This document shows positions 55,710-64,000 of a DNA stretch of 64,000 nt, one piece after another. Location of the stretch: contig JAUIER010000004.1 in NCBI GenBank assembly GCA_030429765.1, positions 33,131 to 97,130 of the forward strand, in the 5' to 3' direction. The position numbers and the translations under genes are program-made. The notes under the pieces are model-generated. The model did no database searches. It saw only the letters and a program-made list of their open reading frames with translations, and had not been told where the DNA came from. This DNA is from a bacterium (GTDB taxonomy: Bacteria; Omnitrophota; Gorgyraeia; Zapsychrales; Zapsychraceae). Positions within the stretch are counted from its first letter, which is position 1. Each line of letters begins with the position of its first letter.

Positions 55710-56852
55710 CTAATTGTACTCCATATTAATCCGAACATATTCGTAGGATAGGTCTGACGTATAGACGGTAGCCTTGGCCTGCCCGGCATTGAGTTTAATA
55801 TTGATCTGAATCTCCGCCTTATCAAAAGAACTGAAACTGATATCCAAATTGCGCTCGGTGATATACTTGATACCCAGCGACCCAACGGCCGCTGCCACCC
55901 GTCCCCAATTGGGATTCGATCCGGCCACCGCGGTCTTGACCAGCATTGAATTGGCCACCACCAGACCGACTTCCTTGGCCTGTTTGTGTGACTTGGCGCC
56001 AAGCACATTAATCTCGACAAATTTAGAGGCACCCTCGCCGTCCAACACAATCTTCCGGGACATATCCACACAAACTTCACGCAACGCCGCCAAAAACAAG
56101 TCATATGATTTACCCTCTGCTTCAATCAGCTTGTTCTCAGCCAACCCATTCGCCAAAACCGCCACCATATCGTTGGTGCTCATACAACCGTCAACAGTAA
56201 TACAGTTGAATGATTCTTCGGTGGCCTGACGCAGTGCTTGCTTCAACATTTTCGGTGTTATAGCCGCATCCGTTGTGATAAATCCGAGCATTGTCGCCAT
56301 GTTCGGCGCGATCATTCCGGACCCCTTGGCGCATCCGCCGACTGTGACCGTTTTCGATCCGATCTTGAACTCCACGGCCTTCTGTTTAATAACCGTATCC
56401 GTGGTCAAGATGCCCCGGGCACACTTTCTGAAACCGGACTTATCTAACCCTTCCACGAGCGGGGCGATGCCTTCGGCGATTTTATCCATCTTGAGCGGTT
56501 TTCCAATGATTCCGGTGGATGCAACGAGCACATCCGACGACTTTAATCCCAATGACTTAGCTGTTAGTTCTGTCATTTGTTTGGCATCGGTGTATCCTTG
56601 ATCACCCGTAAAGCAATTGGCATTGGCACTGTTGATAACAATGGCCTGCGCTTTATTGTTGCGTAAATGTTTCTTGCAAATTATGAGTGGCGCGGCGACA
56701 ACCGAATTTTTGGTATACACACAAGCCGCGATGGCGGGCACTTCACTATACACAAGCGAGAGATCCTCATTGCCGGAACGTTTCAGTCCGCACCAAACAC
56801 CATTGGCTTTAAAGCCTTTGGCTTGGGTGATCCCGTGGTCCGGGGCGCTCAT
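55710..56852 (-). CDS. argJ: ornithine acetyltransferase / N-acetylglutamate synthase
   Basis: STGIIG, ILTTDT, KGSGMIAPNMATML autoproteolysis site, STND, DGEGA, NWGR. Confidence 0.96.
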   Translation of the reverse strand: MSAPDHGITQAKGFKANGVWCGLKRSGNEDLSLVYSEVPAIAACVYTKNSVVAAPLIICKKHLRNNKAQAIVINSANANCFTGDQGYTDAKQMTELTAKSLGLKSSDVLVASTGIIGKPLKMDKIAEGIAPLVEGLDKSGFRKCARGILTTDTVIKQKAVEFKIGSKTVTVGGCAKGSGMIAPNMATMLGFITTDAAITPKMLKQALRQATEESFNCITVDGCMSTNDMVAVLANGLAENKLIEAEGKSYDLFLAALREVCVDMSRKIVLDGEGASKFVEINVLGAKSHKQAKEVGLVVANSMLVKTAVAGSNPNWGRVAAAVGSLGIKYITERNLDISFSSFDKAEIQINIKLNAGQAKATVYTSDLSYEYVRINMEYN

Positions 56853-57868
56853 TGTAATCCCTCGCCTTCGTCAAAACCGCACATTATGTTCATATTCTGA
56901 ATCGCCTGTCCGGCAGCACCTTTGTAAAGATTGTCAATAACACCGGTGATCACCAGCAATTTCTTATCCGCGCTTAATGCCAGACTGATATCACAGTAGT
57001 TCGTACCGACTACATTTTTGAGTTCAACCTGCTTACCCAGATCTTCCAAACGTACGAACGGCTCGGTTTTGTAGAACTTTCGATAGATCGTGTGCCATTT
57101 TTTCAACTGGATCTTGGAATTAAGGGAGACATAAATAGTCTCGAGGATTCCATGATTCACCGGCAGCAGATGAGGCACAAAATTGACCGTATTTTGCTGA
57201 CCGGATAATTTGGAAAGATACAAATTTATTTCGGGCGCATGCTGATGATTGAGCACCTTGTAGGCCTTGAAGTTGCCGCTGACTTCGGCGTGGCTTAGCG
57301 CCACGGACGCTTTACGTCCGGCACCCGACACACCGGACTTGGCATCGATGATGATGGACTCAATGATGTCAGGATGCGTGGCCATCAACGGGGCCAGACT
57401 CAGAATCGCCGCGGTCGGATAGCATCCCGGGTTAGCCACCAGCGACGCCTTGGCGATATCAGCCCGATAAAGCTCAGGCATACCATACACCGCCTTACGC
57501 AGGTTGGCTCCATCCGTATGTTTCTGATTGTACCACTTCTTGTACTCGACGCTTGACTTGAGTCGATAGTCACCGCTTAAGTCAATGACCTTGAGCCCTG
57601 CATCAAGCAGTAACGGTGTAATCTGCATGGAAACTGTATGCGGAACAGCCAGAAAAATAAGCTCGCATGTCTCAACCGCCTTATCGACATTGAATTTCTC
57701 ACATGTCAGACGCGTTCGCCCTTTTAACTGCGGCCATATCTCTGAGAGTTCACCCTGCGTATTATTCGCGCTGGCGTATGTCACCCGGACTTCCGGGTGT
57801 TTCAAAAGTAAGTCTAGGGCGGTGTATCCGGAATATCCGCTGACACCGACGATGCCGACTTTAATCAT
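56849..57868 (-). CDS. argC: N-acetyl-gamma-glutamyl-phosphate reductase
   Basis: GVSGYSG, DLSGDYRL, NPGCYPT, SGVSGAG, IDNLYKGAAGQA. Confidence 0.97.
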   Translation of the reverse strand: MIKVGIVGVSGYSGYTALDLLLKHPEVRVTYASANNTQGELSEIWPQLKGRTRLTCEKFNVDKAVETCELIFLAVPHTVSMQITPLLLDAGLKVIDLSGDYRLKSSVEYKKWYNQKHTDGANLRKAVYGMPELYRADIAKASLVANPGCYPTAAILSLAPLMATHPDIIESIIIDAKSGVSGAGRKASVALSHAEVSGNFKAYKVLNHQHAPEINLYLSKLSGQQNTVNFVPHLLPVNHGILETIYVSLNSKIQLKKWHTIYRKFYKTEPFVRLEDLGKQVELKNVVGTNYCDISLALSADKKLLVITGVIDNLYKGAAGQAIQNMNIMCGFDEGEGLQ

Positions 57869-57910
57869 TTGAGATCCTTGTATTTGTAATTCAAATCAAA
57901 ATTTAAAAAT

Positions 57911-57956
57911 AAAAAAACCTACCTCTTAAACTCGTTGAGTCTGGGAGGTAGGTTTG
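57911..57956 (-). terminator. intrinsic terminator after rpsI
   Basis: AAACCTACCTC...GAGGTAGGTTT stem with a T tract on the minus strand. Confidence 0.8.
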
Positions 57957-57984
57957 AAATTCGATATGAAATGTCGTGCTGATA

Positions 57985-58380
57985 TTAACGCTTAACCCAC
58001 TGGAATTTCTTACGTGCTCCCTTTTGACCAGGTTTCTGTCTTTCCTTCATCCTCGGGTCACGCCTTAGCATGAGTGCTTTTTTGAGTACGGGTTTATTTT
58101 CTGCGTCGCATAAAGATAGGGCTCGAGACAAACCTAATCGAAAAGCCCCGGCTTGACCGGTCAATCCACCGCCAGTAACTTTGACGCTGATATCAAACTT
58201 TCCAAGTGTGTTTGTCAATTTAAGAGGTTCCAAAATAATGATCTGGTCAGTTTCTCGTGGGAAATAATCCTTAAACTCGCGTTTGTTTACACGAATTTTT
58301 CCATCGCCTGGCATAATGTTGACACGCGCAACTGAACTCTTTCGTCGACCAGTGGCTCCATATTTTACAATTTCAACCAT
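57985..58380 (-). CDS. rpsI: 30S ribosomal protein S9
   Basis: TGRRKSSVARV, GGGLTGQAGA, RDPRMKER, C-terminal QWVKR. Confidence 0.98.
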   Translation of the reverse strand: MVEIVKYGATGRRKSSVARVNIMPGDGKIRVNKREFKDYFPRETDQIIILEPLKLTNTLGKFDISVKVTGGGLTGQAGAFRLGLSRALSLCDAENKPVLKKALMLRRDPRMKERQKPGQKGARKKFQWVKR

Positions 58381-58405
58381 CTTAAATTACTCTCCGTTTT
58401 CTTGA

Positions 58406-58840
58406 CTAGATTTCTAGTGGAATAGGTTTTTGTGCTTGATGCGGATGTGAATCCCCCGCATATACTTTAAGTTTTGTGCGCATCTTGTTGCCCAACGGAC
58501 CGCTTGGGATCATGCGGTTAACCGCCAATCGAATAACTTGCTCCGGCGCTTTTTCAAGCATGACCTTTAGTTTGACTGATTTCTGTCCTGATGGATAACC
58601 TGAATAGCGCTGATATTCTTTGTCGTTGAGTTTGTTACCGGTCACTCGGATCTTTTCGGCATTGATAACAATAACCTGATCACCGGTATCACAATGCGGT
58701 GTGAATGTCGGTTTGTGCTTGCCCCGCAGTATCGTTGCCGCTTTGGCCGCCAACCGTCCCAAAACCTGATCTTTGGCATCAATCACGTAACATTTTCGCT
58801 CGACCGTCGCAGCATTCGCCATGTATGTTTTTTGCTTCAT
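58406..58840 (-). CDS. rplM: 50S ribosomal protein L13
   Basis: LGRLAA, LRGKHKPTFTPH, HPHQAQKP. Confidence 0.98.
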   Translation of the reverse strand: MKQKTYMANAATVERKCYVIDAKDQVLGRLAAKAATILRGKHKPTFTPHCDTGDQVIVINAEKIRVTGNKLNDKEYQRYSGYPSGQKSVKLKVMLEKAPEQVIRLAVNRMIPSGPLGNKMRTKLKVYAGDSHPHQAQKPIPLEI

Positions 58841-58887
58841 TTGAAATCCTTATTGATATAGGAGGTTACGACTGATAATAAGACAAA

Positions 58888-58915
58888 AGTATATCACTTT
58901 GCGATTATTTGTCAA
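58888..58915 (-). promoter_or_regulatory. sigma70 promoter of rplM-rpsI
   Basis: TTGACA-16 bp-TATACT with TG extension. Confidence 0.7.
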
Positions 58916-58934
58916 TCATTAAATTATTGTATTT

Positions 58935-59678
58935 CTAATACTTAACTTTCAGCAGGTACAGCCCGTGCGCCTTGGCGGCGACACCGGCCGCCCGGCGATC
59001 CTTATCCCGTAAAACCTTGAGAATATGAGACTTAGAACACCTTCCTTGCCCCACTTCAATCAGCAGCCCTACGATATTACGAACCATCTTGTACAGGAAG
59101 CCATCCGCGGTGATATCGATATGGATCTGTGCCCCTCTTCGGACAACTCGCAGATCATATACCGTACGGGTGGTGCTTTTACCCTGATTGGAACGATTGT
59201 TGGATGTAAAAGACTTGAAATCCCGAGTGCCGACAAACGCCTTAGCTGCGGACTTCATCGCCTCAACGTCCAGGGCTGAGGAAATCTGCGCCATCCCCCA
59301 CCGACGCGTCGGCGAGGGCAATTCCCGATTGAGAATGATATACCGATAAGTCTTGCGCTTGGCGGCATACTGCGCATGAAATGAATCGGCCACGCGATTC
59401 ACCCTCAATATCACGACATCATCAGCGAGCGTCGCATTCAAGGCATTTCGAATATCTTCGGGAGGCCGATCTATTTCCGTGTGAAAATTGGCCACCTGCC
59501 CCAAGGCGTGAACACCGGTATCAGTGCGGCCTGACCCGATCAATTTTATCTTTTCCCGAAATACTTTTTGGTACGCCTGAACAATTTCACCCTGGACAGT
59601 TCGCTCACCCTTACCCTGAACTTGCCACCCCTTGAAATTAGTTCCGTCATACTCTATCGTCAGCTTATAGTTCGCCAT
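58935..59678 (-). CDS. truA: tRNA pseudouridine(38-40) synthase
   Basis: YDGTNFKGWQ, GRTDTGVHA, FLYKMVR, GLYL. Confidence 0.97.
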   Translation of the reverse strand: MANYKLTIEYDGTNFKGWQVQGKGERTVQGEIVQAYQKVFREKIKLIGSGRTDTGVHALGQVANFHTEIDRPPEDIRNALNATLADDVVILRVNRVADSFHAQYAAKRKTYRYIILNRELPSPTRRWGMAQISSALDVEAMKSAAKAFVGTRDFKSFTSNNRSNQGKSTTRTVYDLRVVRRGAQIHIDITADGFLYKMVRNIVGLLIEVGQGRCSKSHILKVLRDKDRRAAGVAAKAHGLYLLKVKY

Positions 59679-59710
59679 GGCCGCTGTACCACTTAAATCG
59701 TAAAAACAGA

Positions 59711-60712
59711 TTAGATCACTTTCTGACGCAACAGCTCTTCGGCAATCTGAACCGCATTCAACGCGGCCCCTTTTCGCAGATTATCCGATACAATCCACAT
59801 ATCCAGTCCGTTCTCGACGGTTTCATCCTCCCGAATGCGCCCCACATAGGTATCATCCTTACCCTGAGCATCCAGTGGCAGCGGATACTTCTGGTTAGCC
59901 AGATCATCAATTACCGTAACCCCGGGTGCCTTGGAGAGTAATTCAATAGCCTTGTCCCTTGTAATCTTTGACTCTGTCTCGATATTCACTGATTCAGAGT
60001 GCGCCCGCAGAACCGGCACACGGACACACGTTGCCGTGACCTTGATCTGATCGTCATGCATAATTTTCTTGGTCTCGTTAACCATCTTCATCTCTTCTTT
60101 CGTGTAAAGATTGTCCTGGGGCATATCGATCTGAGGGATCAGATTATGCATAATTTGATAAGGAAAAGCTGACACCGTCATGTCACCCTGACTTTGCGCA
60201 TGAAATTCATTAATGGCCGCCGATCCAGCCCCCGACACCGACTGATAAGTGGACACCACCACACGCTTAATGCGGGCAAAATCATGCAACGGCTTCAACG
60301 CGACCACCATCTGAATCGTTGAACAATTTGGATTGGCAATAATTCCATTCTGACGGTTCACATCTTCCGGATTAACCTCCGGAACAACCAATGGAATATC
60401 TGGATCCATCCTGAAGGCGCTGGTGTTATCGATAACGACACACCCCGCTTCAGCGGCCAGCGGAGCAATCACCTTGCTCACCGACGCCCCTGGAGAGAAT
60501 AATCCAATCTGCACGTCCTTAAATTTATCCCTGGCATTCGTCTCGTTTAATGCCTGATAAAAATGCCCGTCAATCTTTGTATCTTCGGTGAGGCTTGTTG
60601 AAAAAAGATGCAATTGATCCACGGGAAAATCCCGCTCCTGAAGAATTCTCAGCATTTCCTGGCCGACAGCCCCGCGTATCCCTACAATTCCCACATTATA
60701 TTTTTTCATCAT
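59711..60712 (-). CDS. asd: aspartate-semialdehyde dehydrogenase
   Basis: DNTSAFRM, ANPNCSTIQ, TYQSVSGAG, TCVRVPV, DNLRKGAALNAVQI. Confidence 0.97.
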   Translation of the reverse strand: MMKKYNVGIVGIRGAVGQEMLRILQERDFPVDQLHLFSTSLTEDTKIDGHFYQALNETNARDKFKDVQIGLFSPGASVSKVIAPLAAEAGCVVIDNTSAFRMDPDIPLVVPEVNPEDVNRQNGIIANPNCSTIQMVVALKPLHDFARIKRVVVSTYQSVSGAGSAAINEFHAQSQGDMTVSAFPYQIMHNLIPQIDMPQDNLYTKEEMKMVNETKKIMHDDQIKVTATCVRVPVLRAHSESVNIETESKITRDKAIELLSKAPGVTVIDDLANQKYPLPLDAQGKDDTYVGRIREDETVENGLDMWIVSDNLRKGAALNAVQIAEELLRQKVI

Positions 60713-60727
60713 TCAACCTCTATCCTT

Positions 60728-61834
60728 CTATGATTTAATCCCGTCAACAACCATATCGCCGATCTGACTGGTTGTGTATCCCATCTTCCCGACGAGCATT
60801 GATTTCATTTGCTTGATCACACCTTTGGTGGACGCCTCAATCGCGGCTGCTGCCTCAACTTCACCTAAATGATTCAGCATCATCACGGCGGTTAAAATGG
60901 TGGCTATCGGATTGATCACGCCCTGATTGGCAAAAGACGGCGCCGTTCCGTGCACCGGCTCAAACATACTGACACCGTCCGGATTAATGTTTCCACTTGG
61001 CGCCACTCCCATCCCGCCTTGCGTAACGGCCGCTAAATCAGTGATAATATCGCCAAACATATTGTTCGTCACAATCCCATTGAAACGTTTGGGATCCTCA
61101 ACCATGTAAATACATATGGCGTCGACGTGACAGTAATCCGGAACGATTTGAGGATACTCTTGGGCAACTTCGTCAAAAACACGCTGCCACAGATCAAACA
61201 CATATGTCAATACATTGGTTTTACCGCACAGCGTAAGCTTTGCGTAAAATCCCTGATCTTTTTGCTCAGGGGTCAGACCTTTCCACGGATTATTTTCATG
61301 ACGTTTTTTAAGCGCCTCGAAGGCGTAACGGATACAACGCTCGACCTGCTTGCGGGAGTATACCATTGACTGGATCGCGACTTCATCGGCCGTTCCTTTG
61401 TCTTTAAATTCTCCGACCCCAGTGTACAACCCTCCGGTGTTTTCTCTGAAAACGATAAAATCGATATCCTCCGGCCCTTTGCCCTTGAGCGGAGTCTCCA
61501 CATTTTCATACAATTTGACCGGGCGTAAGTTGATATACTGGTCCAGATCAAAACGCAGTTTAAGCAGGATTCCCTTCTCTAATATACCGGGTTTTACATC
61601 CGGATGACCGATTCCGCCTAGAAAAATGGCGTCATATTTAGCCAACTCACTGACTTCCTCGTCGGACAAAACTTCCTGAGTCTTTAAGTATCGCTCTCCG
61701 CCGAAATCAAATTTCTTGGTCTTGACCTTAAATGCGAATTTTTCCGAAGCCGCATCGATGACCTTCAGTCCTTCGCGGACAACTTCCGGTCCGATTCCGT
61801 CTCCCTCAACCACAGCTATATTGTATTCTTTCAT
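60728..61834 (-). CDS. leuB: 3-isopropylmalate dehydrogenase
   Basis: [36 protein letters not shown]; adjacent to asd. Confidence 0.9.
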   Translation of the reverse strand: MKEYNIAVVEGDGIGPEVVREGLKVIDAASEKFAFKVKTKKFDFGGERYLKTQEVLSDEEVSELAKYDAIFLGGIGHPDVKPGILEKGILLKLRFDLDQYINLRPVKLYENVETPLKGKGPEDIDFIVFRENTGGLYTGVGEFKDKGTADEVAIQSMVYSRKQVERCIRYAFEALKKRHENNPWKGLTPEQKDQGFYAKLTLCGKTNVLTYVFDLWQRVFDEVAQEYPQIVPDYCHVDAICIYMVEDPKRFNGIVTNNMFGDIITDLAAVTQGGMGVAPSGNINPDGVSMFEPVHGTAPSFANQGVINPIATILTAVMMLNHLGEVEAAAAIEASTKGVIKQMKSMLVGKMGYTTSQIGDMVVDGIKS

Positions 61835-61887
61835 GCGTTCTTCCTTCCTAAGATATAAAACGTCCTGCTTTGATTTTTCAAACCCAT

Positions 61888-61916
61888 AGACTACCGCATA
61901 CGAAGCAGAGTTTCAA
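61888..61916 (-). promoter_or_regulatory. putative sigma70 promoter of leuB-asd-truA
   Basis: TTGAAA-17 bp-TAGTCT. Confidence 0.5.
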
Positions 61917-61945
61917 GCCAATTGTTTTTGGGGATATCTGAAAAA

Positions 61946-63190
61946 TTATTCTTGAAACTTCTTCACCACAACACTGGCATTGTGGCCGCCGAATCCAAGT
62001 GAATTGGACATCGCGCTGTTGACAGTCAGTTTCCGGGCTTCATTGGGGACATAATCCAAATCACAATCCGGATCAGGATTTTCATAATTGATCGTTGGCG
62101 GGATAATATCATCGATTACGGCCATGACGCTGGCGGCAAACTCAACCCCGCCCGCTGCGCCGAGTAAATGACCCGTCATCGATTTAGTTGAGCTGATTGG
62201 TGTCTTGGACGCATATTCTTTGAACGCATTCTTGATCGCGAGCGTTTCGACCTTGTCATTTAGATGAGTTGATGTACCATGCGCATTGATGTAGGAAATA
62301 TCAGACGGCTTGAGTCCCGCATCCTGGATCGCCAGCAGCATCGCGCGTGTGGCCCCCATTCCAGATGATTCCGGAGCGGTGATATGATAAGCGTCCGATG
62401 TACGTCCGTATCCAGCCATCTCGGCGAGGATTGGAGCTCCCCGCTTTTTGGCATGTTCAAGCGTTTCCAAAACAGCCACACCGGCACCTTCGGCCATCAC
62501 AAATCCATCACGCTCCTTGTCAAACGGACGGGACGCCCGCTCGGGCTCATCGTTGCGCTGACTTAAAGCCTTAAGCGCGCAAAATCCGCCGACACCCAAG
62601 ACCGATGTCGCACTTTCTGTTCCGCCGGCAATAATGACATCCGCATCACCGTATTGTAAAAACCGATATGCGTCACCGATGGCGTTCGTTGCCGTCGAGC
62701 ATGCCGTGGCCACACATGTAGCCGGCCCCCTTGCGCCCACTTCGATAGACACCTGTCCGGCTGCCTCATTGATAATGATTTTCGGGATCAAATGGGGTGA
62801 TAAACGGCGTGGCCCGCGTTCCATAAATTTGTGGTACTCCTCTTCGGCCGTTCCGATACTTCCGATACCGGAACCGATCAGAACCCCCACGCGGTCACGG
62901 TCGACCTTGTCCATATCGAGCTTGGCATTTGCCACCGCTTCCCGACTGGCCACAGCCGCGAACTGTACAAATCTTGAGAGATTACGTGCTTCTTTCGTAG
63001 AGAAAAACTGCAGAGGATCGTAGTCATGCACATGACCGGATATCCGGCTGGTAAATTCAGCAACGTCAAAATGTGAAATGGCGGTAATGCCGCTCTTACC
63101 GGCGACGATCGATTTCCAGAAGGAATTTGTATCGACACCGACAGGAGAAATGACGCCTAACCCTGTGATGACAACTCGTTTTTTATCCAT
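61946..63190 (-). CDS. fabF: 3-oxoacyl-ACP synthase II
   Basis: RVVITGLG, TACST, INAHGTST, STKSMTGHLLGAAG, GFGGHN. Confidence 0.97.
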   Translation of the reverse strand: MDKKRVVITGLGVISPVGVDTNSFWKSIVAGKSGITAISHFDVAEFTSRISGHVHDYDPLQFFSTKEARNLSRFVQFAAVASREAVANAKLDMDKVDRDRVGVLIGSGIGSIGTAEEEYHKFMERGPRRLSPHLIPKIIINEAAGQVSIEVGARGPATCVATACSTATNAIGDAYRFLQYGDADVIIAGGTESATSVLGVGGFCALKALSQRNDEPERASRPFDKERDGFVMAEGAGVAVLETLEHAKKRGAPILAEMAGYGRTSDAYHITAPESSGMGATRAMLLAIQDAGLKPSDISYINAHGTSTHLNDKVETLAIKNAFKEYASKTPISSTKSMTGHLLGAAGGVEFAASVMAVIDDIIPPTINYENPDPDCDLDYVPNEARKLTVNSAMSNSLGFGGHNASVVVKKFQE

Positions 63191-63195
63191 GAGAC

Positions 63196-63228
63196 AAAAA
63201 TATAAGGCCTCGGCGCGAGCGCCGAGGC
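63196..63228 (-). terminator. GC-rich hairpin between acpP and fabF (partial terminator or mRNA stabiliser)
   Basis: GCCTCGGCG...CGCCGAGGC stem followed by CTTATATTTTT. Confidence 0.6.
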
Positions 63229-63278
63229 GACTTATGTGCTGAATATTTAGTTAGATGAGATGTAGAAAATACTGAAAA

Positions 63279-63521
63279 TTAAGCGGATGCGCCGCCCTTT
63301 TCATTGATATACTTGATGGCATCGCCGACTGTGGTCATCTTTTCGGCGTCTTCGTCTGGAATTTCAACACTGAACTCTTCTTCCAGCGCCATAATAAGCT
63401 CTACCGTGTCCAGAGAATCGGCACCCAAGTCATCGATGAACGATGCCTCTGGTGTAACTTCATCACCTTTAACACCTAGCTGATCGGCAATGATTGATTT
63501 GATTTTGTCTTCAACAGCCAT
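63279..63521 (-). CDS. acpP: acyl carrier protein
   Basis: [21 protein letters not shown]. Confidence 0.99.
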   Translation of the reverse strand: MAVEDKIKSIIADQLGVKGDEVTPEASFIDDLGADSLDTVELIMALEEEFSVEIPDEDAEKMTTVGDAIKYINEKGGASA

Positions 63522-63552
63522 TTATAACCCTCCTTAAGGTTCCCCCAAATTT

Positions 63553-64000
63553 TTAAATCGCCATACCACCGTCAACGACGATTGTTTGTCCAGTTATATA
63601 ATTTGCTGCATCCGATGCCAAAAATAGACACGTGTGAGCAACATCACTTGGTCGACCAAATTTTCTGAGTGGAATTCGTTTAAGTAACTCTTCCTGAGCA
63701 GCGGACTTTAACTGAGCCGTCATATCCGTTTCGATGTATCCCGGCGCGACTGCGTTAACCGTTATACCCCGAGAGGCCAATTCCAGCGCGACCGACTTGG
63801 TGAATCCAATCATCCCTGCCTTGCTCGCCGCGTAGTTGGCTTGACCGATATTTCCGCTAATTCCAATGATCGAGGAAATGTTTATTATCTTTCCCTGCTT
63901 GGCTTTCAGCATAACCTTGGCGACGATTTTGGTGCAGTTAAAAACACCCTTGAGATTGACGTTAATGACATCATCCCAGTCGGATTCGCTCATTCGAAGG
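63553..64000 (-). CDS. fabG: 3-oxoacyl-ACP reductase, 5' end outside window
   Basis: [34 protein letters not shown]; precedes acpP. Confidence 0.95.
   Translation of the reverse strand, partial: LRMSESDWDDVINVNLKGVFNCTKIVAKVMLKAKQGKIINISSIIGISGNIGQANYAASKAGMIGFTKSVALELASRGITVNAVAPGYIETDMTAQLKSAAQEELLKRIPLRKFGRPSDVAHTCLFLASDAANYITGQTIVVDGGMAI

Overview
64 kb of bacterial chromosome, roughly 50% GC by eye, densely coding, with all but two genes on the minus strand. Gene content (secretin, ExbBD, SecDF fusion, DapL, NadX, Lys-rich histone-like protein) indicates a diderm; Candidatus Omnitrophota/PVC is my guess, by inference only. Most of the window is housekeeping. In transcription order: fabG-acpP-fabF, leuB-asd-truA, rplM-rpsI, an arg/lys/folK/panC/nadX superoperon ending in a histone-H1-like gene, uvrA, recA-recX-alaS-his-trpE-rpsP-yajC-secDF-mfd-surA-pdxA-rsmA, and gatCAB. 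The notable part is a ~17 kb surface-filament locus (21.4-38.7 kb). It holds a large periplasmic TPR protein, ExbB, ExbD, a short TonB-like protein, a zinc-ribbon membrane protein and a PilX-like pilin. These sit directly upstream of a PilM-PilN fusion, PilO, PilP, secretin, MshEN-PilB and PilC. A major pilin follows, controlled by a GEMM-I cyclic-dinucleotide riboswitch with a non-canonical G20/U92 pocket and an intrinsic terminator, then four more pilin-like genes, with a convergent GT-C glycosyltransferase-like gene beyond rsmE. Other oddities are a minimal Mfd lacking D7 and most of the N-terminal region, a HisB with a degenerate second metal motif, and a likely leaderless TPR transcript. 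I saw no rRNA, tRNA, CRISPR array or mobile element.
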